Shown here piece after piece: positions 51,033 to 62,762 of a stretch of 64,000 bases of DNA (position 1 is its first letter; each line of letters begins with the position of its first letter). A program made the translations under genes and the position numbers. The notes below the pieces were generated by a model that did no database searches, was not told the origin of the DNA, and saw only the letters and a list, made by a program, of their open reading frames with translations. The DNA is from Octopus sinensis (taxonomy: Eukaryota): the NCBI RefSeq assembly GCF_006345805.1, contig NC_043001.1, positions 19,406,001-19,470,000 of the forward strand. Reading direction: 5' to 3'.

Positions 51033-51380
51033 CCAACCACATGGTTCCGGGTTCGGTCCCACTGCGTGACACCTTGGGCACGTGTCTTCTACTATAGCCT
51101 CGGGCCGACCAAAGCCTTGTGAGTGGAGTTGGTAGACGGAAATTGAAAGCCCGTCGTATGTGTGTTTGTGTGTGTGCATGTGTGTGTGTGTGTGTGTGTG
51201 TTTGTCCCCCCACCATCGTTTGACAACCGATGTTGGTGCGTTTACGTCCCCGTAACTTAGCGGTTCGGCAAAAGAGACCGATAGAATAAGTACCAGGCTT
51301 ACAAAGAATAAGTCCTGCGGTCGATTTGTTTCGACTGAAGGCAGTGCTCCAGCATGGCCACAGTCAGATTACTGAAATAA
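51033..51380 (+). mobile_element. SINE C, slightly 5'-truncated
   Basis: Consensus match. Confidence 0.88.
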
Positions 51381-51399
51381 ATATAAATTGTCAAAGCAA

Positions 51400-51700
51400 G
51401 GAAAAAAGAAAACCATCTCTTTATTTCGTTTTTGGATTTGGTTTGCAAGACTCTTTATATGAGTTCGTGTGTTGAAGCATATTCTGTTGTGTCTGGGGAG
51501 AGTCATTTTCTTTTTGTGCCTTATAATTTAATACACTCACCGGTAAAATTTCCACTTATTTCTTATTTTTAGTTTCTTAATATTTTCGTTGCGTCTTGCA
51601 ACCTTTTCAATAGTTTTGACTCTGTCCGTTATTTACACTGCGTTCCTTTTTGTTTGTTTGTCTGAAGACTATTGAAAAGGCTGCAAGACGCAACGAACAT
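51400..51700 (-). mobile_element. short PLE-type element with an inverted pair of UUGAAAA/GAAA hairpin motifs
   Basis: Arms 51586-51620 and 51660-51696; TTGAAAA G GTTGC aagac GCAAC GAAA. Confidence 0.45.
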
Positions 51701-51730
51701 CTCTTTATTAATGTGAACCATTAGAAAGAT

Positions 51731-51942
51731 GGCGAGCTAGCAGTATCGTTAGCACGTCGCGCAAAAAGCTTAGCATAGTTCCGTCCGTCTGTACGTTCTG
51801 AGTTCAAATTCCTCCGATGTCGACTTTACCTTTTATCCTTTTGGAGTCGATAAATTAAGTACTGGTAAAACACTAAGATCGATGTAATCGACTAGTCCCC
51901 TGCACCCAAAATTTGAGGCCTTGCACCTTTAGTAGAAAGGAT
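51731..51942 (+). mobile_element. SINE A variant with alternative tail
   Basis: Family A head and body; tail ccaaaatttgaggccttgcacctttagtagaaagg. Confidence 0.8.
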
Positions 51943-52103
51943 TGTTAGCTGTCAGGACACAACGTCCTTCAAATATTCTACGCTTCCCGAAATTCACCAA
52001 CACTATTCCTCACGTACCTAAGTATGTGCCGTGGGGTGTGTTTCTTCTATGGTGGTGATGTTGTTGGTTGCTTGTAAATGATAAACAATACTCGCGAAGA
52101 ATT

Positions 52104-52325
52104 ATTCTGTTCTACTCTTGGCACAAGGCCCGAAATTTTTTTTAGGGGGGTGGGGGGCCAGTCGAATTAGATCGACCCAGTACGTTACAGGCACCTAATT
52201 TATCGACCCCGAAAGGATGAAAGGCAAAGTCGACTTCGGCGGAATTTGAACTCAAAACGTAACGGCAGACAAAATACCGCTAAGCATTTCGCCCGGCGTG
52301 CTAACGTTTCTGCCAGCTCGCCGCC
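52104..52325 (-). mobile_element. SINE A variant with alternative tail, inverted relative to 51731
   Basis: Reverse-complement match. Confidence 0.85.
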
Positions 52326-52590
52326 TTTCCCACGAACAATTATTGTCACCTATTTTGCATCCACCGCCACTACCCCAAACCCTTCTGTAATTACTTACGC
52401 CATGTTCTTCCCAGACGTTATCCTTCTGGAATGTCTCTACTTGGATATATTTCTTTTACGTACAACTGACCACGACAAATACAAAATTCATAAACTTTGG
52501 AGGACCTGTGATGGCGATGGGTACAGCCCAACGTTTTTTTTACCCCTTTTTTCAAACCCGTAAATGGAAAAAGAGCTAAACAAATGAATC

Positions 52591-53671
<1,081 letters not shown>

Positions 53672-53784
53672 AATCTAAAAAAAAAACTGAATCAACGAGA
53701 AAACAAAGGAACCTTTACATGGTCACATGAATTGCTAGAAATAGCAGCCACGAAACATCCTATTACCTTAAGTAAGAAAAATAC

Positions 53785-54218
53785 GGATCTTTTCGGTTTG
53801 AACGGCAGTTTTTTAAAATAATTTCCACGTAACTAAACACTTTTAAACTTCGTATACTGGTAGAATGTGTTAATAAAACATCTTTTTCTCTTGGCTTTAT
53901 TGAGAAAATTCTATAGTTTGTAAGATATTTGTTGTTTTTTTTCTACTTCAATTTCTGCAATTTCAACCAATCAATGACGTCTATTGGGGTGAAAACATTC
54001 TGTGCCGTATGATTATGTCCCTCGTTTAAGAAACAGATTGGGTTTATTTACATTTCTGAAGAAGAAAAATACTCTTCCTCCACCCCTAACCCTAACTAAC
54101 CCTAACTTTAACCCTAAAATAGATTGAAATGCAATAGATCGATACTAGGGTCATAATTATGGGTGACAATTTCATATGACACCGCTAGAAAAAACTGCCG
54201 TTCAAACCGAAAAGATCC
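53785..54218. mobile_element. 434-bp MITE with perfect 28-bp TIRs and internal telomere-like repeats
   Basis: ggatcttttcggtttgaacggcagtttt / aaaactgccgttcaaaccgaaaagatcc; flanks aaaaatac / gaaaatac; ccctaaccctaactaaccctaa at ~54084-54116. Confidence 0.88.
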
Positions 54219-54693
54219 GAAAATACACATGAAACAATATAATCCGATATAATCTAAAAGATAGGTTGATTCCAGCTAGAATGTCTTCAACGATAGGCCT
54301 CCGCAGAGTTAAACAATATTAGAAAAATTGAAATCGATATTTAGCTCTATTGCACCCGGTTTTTCTCTTTATTAATTAATTAATTTATTTATTTATTTAT
54401 TTATTTATTCAGTTCAATAATTTAGTTTACTTCTTTTCCAATCAAATTGTATAAAAATTTGAACAAAGTTCAAATTCGTATTTATTCTGATTGGAAGAGA
54501 ACTTTTTTTTGTGTGTTTTACTAATTAAAAAAATTTTAATATAATAGAAAAAAGTCAGTAAGGTGAAATAACAGTAAATTTCTGGTCTGAATTGGATCGC
54601 ATACATGAGAAGAAAATGGCTTCTTGTAATTGTAATTTAATGATTTATTTTTAATACACAGCAACCTTCTACATTTGAATGTCACATACAGAT

Positions 54694-54732
<39 letters not shown>

Positions 54733-55220
54733 ATCTCTATCTCTGTCTCTGTCTCTCTCTCTCTCTCCCTCTCGCTGCGCGTGTTTGGGTGCGTGGGTGA
54801 GTGGGTGTCATCTTCAGAGAAAAACAAAACTATTTAATGCATATAAAAGAAACGTTAGGCTTTGTTAACAAACATTCTACTAAACACGTTCCAGCGGTCA
54901 CCCTTCCGTTTTCTATACTATATAATACTATATAAACATAGTTTATATAGTTTTATATAGTATGCCTTTGCATTCTTAAGACAGGCTGTCAGTTAAAGAA
55001 AAATTAGCAGCTATTTTAACAGGTTGAGCGACCAAGTAGGTCAGAAGCGGGAATCTTTTTTTAGTACCTGAAATAAATGATAAAAGCATTAAGAACTTGT
55101 AGAAGTCCGCAAAGATTTTAATTAATCTTTAATTGGTACTTTTGGGTTATCTCACTCTCATTAAAAAAATTGGGTTATCTCCCCACGTTTTATGAAAAAT
55201 ATCGGTACTTCTTGTTATCC

Positions 55221-55623
55221 GTTTCTTTATTACACACAAGGGGCTAAACATAAAGGGGACGAACAAGGACAGACAAAGGGATTAAGTCGATTGCATCGAC
55301 CCCAGTGCTTAACTGGTACTTAATTTATCGACCCCGAAAGGATGAAAGGCAAAGTCGACCTCGGCGGAATTCGAACTCAGAACATAGCGGTAGACGAAAT
55401 ACCTATTTCTTTACTATCCACAAGGGGCTAAACACAGAGAGGACAAACAAGGACAGACAAACGGATATCGACCCTAGTGCGTAACTGGTGCTTAATTTAT
55501 CGACCCCGAAAGGATGAAAGGCAAAGTCGACCTCTTCGGAATTCGAACTCAGAACGTAGCGGCGAACGAAATACGGCTGCGTATTTCGCCCAGCGTGCTA
55601 ACGTTTCTGCCAGCTCGCCACCC
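55221..55623 (-). mobile_element. SINE A tandem dimer
   Basis: Same ggtatttcgtc junction. Confidence 0.9.
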
Positions 55624-55783
55624 TAAACTATCGGTACTCTCCCAACTAAAAAAAAATGTTTAGCCCTGAATACCATAAAAACAAAACTGAAAAAATTGAT
55701 AACCCTGAAAACTGAAAAAATTAATAAACAGGAAAACGGAAAAGATTAAGCATTATTGAATCTAATAACATTTTTATAGCAAA

Positions 55784-56065
55784 CTAGCAGTATCGCCCGT
55801 CACTATAAGCATTTTTAGAGAGTTACTTCCCTTATATACCCGAGCAAAAAAATGCATTAAAAATGCGGAAAAATTATGGTAATTTTTTGTTTTAATCGTA
55901 GACTCATCGTTGACGCGCGCTAATACCCAGAAGGGCTCGATATGAATCACGACTATAAGATACCCGCTTTTGGTTAAACTGCACCGCAAAATGTGGGAGT
56001 AGTTAGGAATCTAAATCGTAGTAGACAGACACACACACACACAACTTCATTTTTATGTATAAAGA
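55784..56065 (-). mobile_element. non-autonomous Helitron-like element
   Basis: Minus strand A|TCtttatacataaaaatgaagttgtgtg ... cgggcgatactgCTAG|T. Confidence 0.75.
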
Positions 56066-56540
56066 TTATACTATGCCTACTGAGGGGGGCCAAAAGTCAA
56101 CAATGTGTTGAAGTGTTGAATCAAAAGGATCTAAACCCTTTTAATCCAGTTTCTTGTCGCCTTATAAACTCAATTTTTCAGTGGGGAGATAACGCTATTT
56201 TTTAATGGCAATTTTTTAATGGGGGTGAGATAACCAAAAAACTACCCTTTAATTTTACAAATTCATATGTATGCTGAGTATCTCAAACAACAGTTTTGGT
56301 TCAAGTAAATCGGTTCTTCTCCAACTCTGCAATAAATGTGTAGGAAGAGAGGTTGGCACTGGATGGGTGCCTCACAATTCCTTACATAGTCGTGGAAAGG
56401 AAAATAGCGAGAACAAGAATCTCTGAACAAATAACAATAATAATTAATTCGCCGAAATAAGCATTTCATCTCTGGACATCGGTAGCCTGGACGCCGGTGG
56501 GTTGGAAGCAGCAGAGTCGGTTTAATCACAATTGTGAATT

Positions 56541-56762
56541 GAGCTGGCAGAAACGTTAGCACGCCGGATGAAATGCTTAGCGGTATTTCATCTGTCGTTA
56601 CATTGTGAGTTCAAATTCCGCCGAGGTTGACTTTGCCTTTCATCCTTTCGGGGTCGATTAAATAAGTACCAATTACGCACTGGGGTCGATGTAATCGACT
56701 TAGTCCCTTTGTCTGTCATTGTTTGTCCCCTCTGTGTTTAGCCCCTTGTGGGCAATAAAGAA
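56541..56762 (+). mobile_element. SINE A
   Basis: Consensus match; TSD aattgtgaat. Confidence 0.9.
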
Positions 56763-57083
56763 TTAAATTGTGAATGCATTCTTCACAGATTCGCCAAAGT
56801 CGTGGATCGCCTTCACACGGAGCTGGTCTGGTTGCCTCTCGGTTCGGTCGGCAGCGGAGCGAACAGAGAGAATAGCGGTCAAGCCTAGCTGCTGCTGATG
56901 ACTGTGCATGCACATAAGGAGCTTCCGACAGACCTTCCAGAAGACTCTAACCCCTGCGCATGCGTGGATGAAAATTCCAAAACGGCGTCTGGAACCAGGC
57001 GTCACTACAAATGCATCACAAAAGGTATCTAGATGACCATCAATATTTCTAAAATTTATTTAAAGCTTTAAAAAAATATATAT

Positions 57084-57790
57084 GGCATAGCTGTGTGGTA
57101 AGAAGCTTGCTTACCAGCCAAATAGTTCTAGATTCGGTCCCATTCTGTGGCACCTTGGACAAGTATCTTCAAGTATAGCCTCGGACCGGCCGCGAATTTT
57201 TTTTCCACGTGTGTTCCGGACCACAGTTATGAACTCATTTGCATACAGCCAATCAGAGCTCAGCTATCAAACTAATTTATGAGCGCATAACAAGTGATGG
57301 GCGATAAGATAAGGTCACTTGGGCAAGGAATGACCATTCTTTTCTCTTTTAATAATGCTTGTTGTTCTTGTTCTTGTTTCAACAATGGCTGCCTATGTGT
57401 AGTTATTTGTGTTGTTGTTTACTTTGTAAAACAGTAAAGGGAGAGAGTTGCCAGCACATCACCCTCTAACCACGTTTTTCCCATTCACATCTTTACCATA
57501 TGGGTCCCTAACAAAATCCAATAATAGGTATAGATGCAAATCTATCTAATAACTTGTCTCCTTCTAAAATCCGGCATAACTTGACGATCGGTCGACTTAC
57601 AACACCGTTCTTCGTCTTGAGTCTGCTTGGCAGAGTGTGTTTTTAACTTGACAATAAGGTCAAGGTGAGCTCTGATTGGCTGTATGCAAATGAGTTCATT
57701 GCTGGATCCGGAACACTCGTGCGAAAAAATTTCGCGGGCCGACCAAGGCCTTCTGAGCGGATTTGATAAGCGGAAACTGAAAGTAACCTG
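57084..57790 (+). mobile_element. SINE C 5' half split by a MITE
   Basis: tatagcctcggacc | gaccaaggcc rejoins the family C consensus. Confidence 0.8.
57188..57740. mobile_element. 553-bp MITE with ~75-bp TIRs
   Basis: ggccgcgaattttt...atgaactcatttgcatacagccaatcagagctca versus tgagctctgattggctgtatgcaaatgagttcat...aaatttcgcgggcc. Confidence 0.85.
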
Positions 57791-57803
57791 TCATATGTAT
57801 ATA

Positions 57804-57866
<63 letters not shown>

Positions 57867-57874
57867 ATTACTGT

Positions 57875-58150
57875 CTAGTATTGTCACTACTTATATCTCG
57901 TTTAGAGATTTCAGAGCTAGCTACTTTGCTCGTTACGAGATCAACGGCTGTGTGCTGCTTCCCTGTTAATATATTGTGCGTAAGGACGAATGCCTACCAT
58001 CTCTAGCAGGCAGATATCCAGCACTGATGACAGGTAAAGACCCAGAAACTACGGTCTACTGTTCTTGCCAAGCTGCAGGGGAGTGATTCGCACTCTTACT
58101 CAGAATATCTGGAAAAGATGTTTTCCTGGGATTAAAACGTAGTAACAGAG
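57875..58150 (+). mobile_element. HHR-bearing element related to 50402-50920
   Basis: Shares ctggaaa.gatgttt(t)cctggg downstream and a similar t(g/c)cact..ata..tctc..agattt upstream block. Confidence 0.5.
58009..58069 (+). ncRNA. candidate type I hammerhead ribozyme with cUACGg stem III
   Basis: CAGCA CTGATGA CAGGT AAAG ACCCA GAAA C TACG G TC TACTG; core intact, two mismatches at the base of stem II, one in stem I. Confidence 0.5.
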
Positions 58151-58167
58151 TTCTGTATAGAACAGCT

Positions 58168-58322
<155 letters not shown>

Positions 58323-58324
58323 GA

Positions 58325-58815
58325 GTGAGAGAGCAGTGCGTGCCATCAAAGTCACACTGGGGTAAAATATACGTAGCCCAGTATACCCATCAATACTACC
58401 CGTCTGATAAGGGTACCTTAGGCACATGCATCACATCCATATATGCACAACGTGGTGATCTCATATCAAGATAAACAGCGCATGACTTTGCAGGTGGGAC
58501 CCAGTTAGAATTTTCTTCTGGTCGAGTAGCCCATCCCGCTCAAAAGGTCCCTGAACAAGGGTTGTTTAAGGATGTTGAACGAACCACCTATGTTTGCAAA
58601 GGTGAATTATCCAAACCTGCAAGAATTCCTTTCAACGCACGGCTATGATGTTCCCCCACTACTTCTGCCCGTGATCAGAGATGCACATATTGTCAGCCAC
58701 TAAGGGACATGCTCAACTGGTTAAGGTCAAACAACTGACAAGCAAATCTGTGGTATTGAGCAGAATATTTGCTGTAGCCCATCTTTTATACCAAGACAAA
58801 ACAATGTACATGATA
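58325..58815 (-). mobile_element. putative retroposon fragment ending in the (AAT)n(GAT)n tail
   Basis: Higher-complexity block abutting a trinucleotide tail; single copy here, family from recall only. Confidence 0.35.
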
Positions 58816-58946
58816 ATTTAATTGTATATATTTTAATTGTTTATTTATTCATACGTTTCGTCTCATTCGATACCCTGGCCCCCAACGTTTGTTTTGTCTG
58901 TCTCCGTATTGTCCCCTCTTTTTCTCAACCTTATGGTGAATAAAGA

Positions 58947-59027
<81 letters not shown>

Positions 59028-59152
59028 TCTCGCGCCCATTTCGCTTCAAGCTTTCTCGCCGAGTGGTTTACTGCACTGCTTTACGCTGTGCTGTGTGTGA
59101 TTTTTTTCTTTTTTGCTTCTTTGCGTTGAACTTTGCGTTTTCATCCCCTACA

Positions 59153-59533
59153 ATGGCCCCCAAGCGTGCTGCTTCTTCCAAGGCTGGTACTGAGCCTAAA
59201 CGCAAACGAAGAATAATGACGATCGCTGAGAAGGTGGAACTTCTGGATATGTTGAAGGAATTTTGCAACAAGGTCGACGAAGTCATGAATCCCTACAAGA
59301 TGCTCTTCGAACGGAAAAAGAAGCAGCGGCAGCAACTTCCTATTACAATGTTTTTGCAGCCTCTCAAAAAAGAACCAGTTCCTGCTGCTACTACTACGGC
59401 TGCACCTTCGGAAGAAGTGGAAGAGGTGCTCCAGGAAAGGGCACCGTCGTCAGCTTCATCATCATCATTTCTATTGCGCAGCAAATTCATCACCAGCATC
59501 ATTCAAATTTTACTTCAACTTCTTTCGTATTGA
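59153..59533 (+). mobile_element. internally deleted Tigger/pogo transposase (N-terminus fused to C-terminus)
   Basis: MAPKR..S...EPKRKRRIMTIAEKVELLDMLK (start of CENP-B-type HTH) joined in frame to YKMLFERKKKQRQQLPITMFL (Tigger C-terminal motif); DDE domain absent. Confidence 0.75.
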
Positions 59534-60783
59534 GAACAATAACAATCTTTATTTTTTTTTAAATCTAAAGTGTTATTGCTTAACAGTTGTCCTTGTTATT
59601 AATACACTACTGTTAATGGGTTGGTTGTTAGCAGTACAGAGAGGGTTTTAAAAGTCAGCCCTGTCACCGATATCACCGAATATCCATAAGAACTACAATA
59701 AGGGTCTGCTTGTATATGGATTGCTTTTCCCCTTTGCACGTCAATTTCACGAGCAGTTTGTTCCGTTGGTCGGATCAACTGGAACACGCATCGTCGTAAC
59801 CGACTGAGTGTCAGTACCATGTAGTATGTAGGTTTGGGAATTCGGTGGGTTGTAAACTCAGGGGTTGCTCCGGGCAACACACACACACCAGCAATGGCAC
59901 TGCCTGCCTGGCACCTTGGATGCCTTTAGCGGAGTCTATACTGGTTGCAAGCAATGGAGCCAAGTCTCTGGCTTGAGGACACTCTCCTACCCCACCTCCT
60001 CATTCACTCACCATTCTCGATGACACCATAAAAGATCATGGGCTCTTCTTTCTGCTTCGTTAGTTAAGAAAAATTACGTGGAATTAAAAATGCTAGAAGC
60101 ATTATCTATGATGGCAATAAGACACATTACAAAGAGGCATACAAGCAGAATTGTTACCACATCAGGAAAATTTCTTTGCGGCATTTTGTCCGTCTTTGCG
60201 TTCTGAGCAGTGGTGGCTCATAGATAAAATTAGTGGGGGTGTTGCTTCAGGAAAAATTTTCAGCCACTGTTTTAATATTATGTAAAAGGAAACAAACATA
60301 TAAAAAGAAAATTTATACATAAACTTGATCGGTTCGCGTTTCAGCCTCTGCCGAGTAGTTTGTTTGATTTGCTCACTGAACACCGCCGCGAATTCCCCCT
60401 TGTTTTTAAAAAATCCCCACTAAATCACAAAATAAGTGGGGTGGGGAATCTGCCCTATTTTTCAAATCTTAGTAGCAACACTGAAGCTGGTAGCAGGATG
60501 ATAATCTAATTCTACACTTTGTCACATTCAAGGATATAAACACGTTTTCAAGCACAACACACTCAGAGTCAAAAAGAAACACCTTTCACCCGGCATTGTG
60601 TGAATGACAGTGCTCTCTCTCCCTAGCGTGAAGCTTCCTATCACGGACATGTGAGCATGCGCACAACAGCCAAACACCACTTCGCTGGAACTGTGAAGCG
60701 CACAGTTCTATATAAGGATTTTTGTATTTTTTCATAAACTAGGGGATGGCAACTGACATTATACTTGCACATTATATAATGTA

Positions 60784-61162
60784 TATCGGTTACGACGATG
60801 AGGGTTCCGGTTGATCCGAATCAACGGAACAGCCCGTTGAAATTAACGTGTAAGTGGCTGAGCACTCCACAGACACGTGCACGTGCACCCTTAACGTAGT
60901 TCTCGGGGATATTCAGCGTGACACAGAGAGTGACAAGGCCGGCCCCTTGAAATACAGGTACAACAGAAACAGGAAGTAAGAGTGAGAGAAAGTTGTGGTG
61001 AAAGAGTACAGCAGGGATCACCACCATCCCCTGCCGGAGCGTCGTGGAGCTTCTAGGTGTTTTCGCTCAATAAACACTCACAACGCCCGGTCTGGGAATC
61101 GAAACCGCGATCCTACGACCGCGAGTCCGCTGCCCTAACCACTGGGCCATTGCGCCTCCACT
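60784..61162 (-). mobile_element. SINE family B, full length
   Basis: 12-bp TSD ttatataatgta (60772-83, 61163-74). Confidence 0.92.
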
Positions 61163-61292
61163 TTATATAATGTACAAGTATAAAGAAAGAATTAAAGAAA
61201 AAAGGAGTCATTACATTGAATGTTATTGATAATATCGAGTGGAAACAGGGGGTGCTGCAGTTCCGCAGTTCCTATACACGGGCCGCCACTGG

Positions 61293-61440
61293 TTCTGAGT
61301 TCAAATTCTATCAAGGTTAACTTTGCCTTTTATCCTTTCGGGGTGGATAAAATAAGCACCAGTTAAGCCTTGGGGTCGGTGTAATCGACATACGCCATCC
61401 CCCGAAAGTGCTGGCCTTGTGCCAAAATTTGAAACCAATA
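61293..61440 (+). mobile_element. SINE A variant, 5'-truncated
   Basis: gttctgagttcaaattc...ggccttgtgccaaaatttgaaacc. Confidence 0.7.
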
Positions 61441-61871
61441 AGATATTACAACTCAATAGAGTACATCTTACCTCGTTTAGATATAACTTATTGAAAGTGG
61501 TCAACGAATAATTGTAAACAATTATAAACTACTTGGGATTATGACGTATACATATACACGTGTGTATGCATGTGTATATATATATTTAGTCAGAGATATA
61601 CATACATTCATGCATACACGACACACTCACATATATACTTATGAACATGCATGTATGTATGTGTGCGTGCGTGCGTGCGTGTGTGTGTGTGTGGTGTGTG
61701 TGTGTGTGTGTGTGTATGTGTGTGTGTAATTTAAAGCTGTATATTAAAGCTATGATTAATGAATAGTTTTAATTACCGTGCCTGATTACGCGTGTATTTA
61801 ATAAAAGTTGAGGAGATGGCTTAATTAGTTTGCTCAATACATGCTTTGTCTTGAATACGTTTCTATGCGTA

Positions 61872-61914
<43 letters not shown>

Positions 61915-62043
61915 CATACATACCATACATACATACATACATATATATACATGTATAATTGTATGTTACAGAAGATTAATTACAGGTAAGCATTTGTTAC
62001 ACACTCCAGTCAATTCCCACACCTCTCCCTCCCTCCCCCTCCT

Positions 62044-62076
<33 letters not shown>

Positions 62077-62550
62077 TTCTCTCCATATCTGCAATGGTTA
62101 ATCTTTCTAACTGATCTTCCTGATCACTGAAAAGACAGACTTTCCTTCAGTTTATGCTATTAAATTAATCCTTTCTAATCTCCAGGCAAAACCTGAATAC
62201 AAGAAAGATATCGCATTTAGCTAGTTATAGTACTTGAGTCGGGAATGAGCCAATACAGGAAGCTCTACGTCAGTGATTTACAGTTATCTTTCATCTTGTG
62301 CTTGTTTCACTCATCGGACTGCGGCCAGGCTGGGGCACAGCCTTAACGGGATTAGTCAAATAATTTAACTCCAGTACCCACTTGTTAAACCCGATACTTA
62401 CTCTGTCGGTCTGTTTTGCAGACCTGCTAGATTACAGAACATAAGCAAACTAACAGCGGTTGTCAACAATGGAAGGACACACACACACACAAATATATGT
62501 GTGTGTGTGTGTGAGTGTGCGTATCGTCGGTAAAACATAAAACATTTAAA

Positions 62551-62762
62551 GGCGGTGAGCTGGCAGAATTGTTAGCACGCCAGGCGAAATGCGTAGCCGT
62601 ATTTCGTCTGCCGTTACGTTCTCAGTTCAAATTCCGACTTTGCCTTTCATCCTTTCGGGGTCGATAAATTAAGTACCAGTTACGCACTGGGGTCGATGTA
62701 ATCGACTTAATTCGTTTGTTTTTCCCCTCCGTGTTTAGCCCATTGTGGGTAGTAAAGAAATA
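62551..62762 (+). mobile_element. SINE A with 17-bp TSD
   Basis: TSD ggtaaaacataaaacat (62529-45, 62763-79). Confidence 0.92.

Noticed and set aside
54084-54116. Telomeric repeat suggesting a chromosome end or fusion
   Set aside because: Short, imperfect and internal to a MITE.
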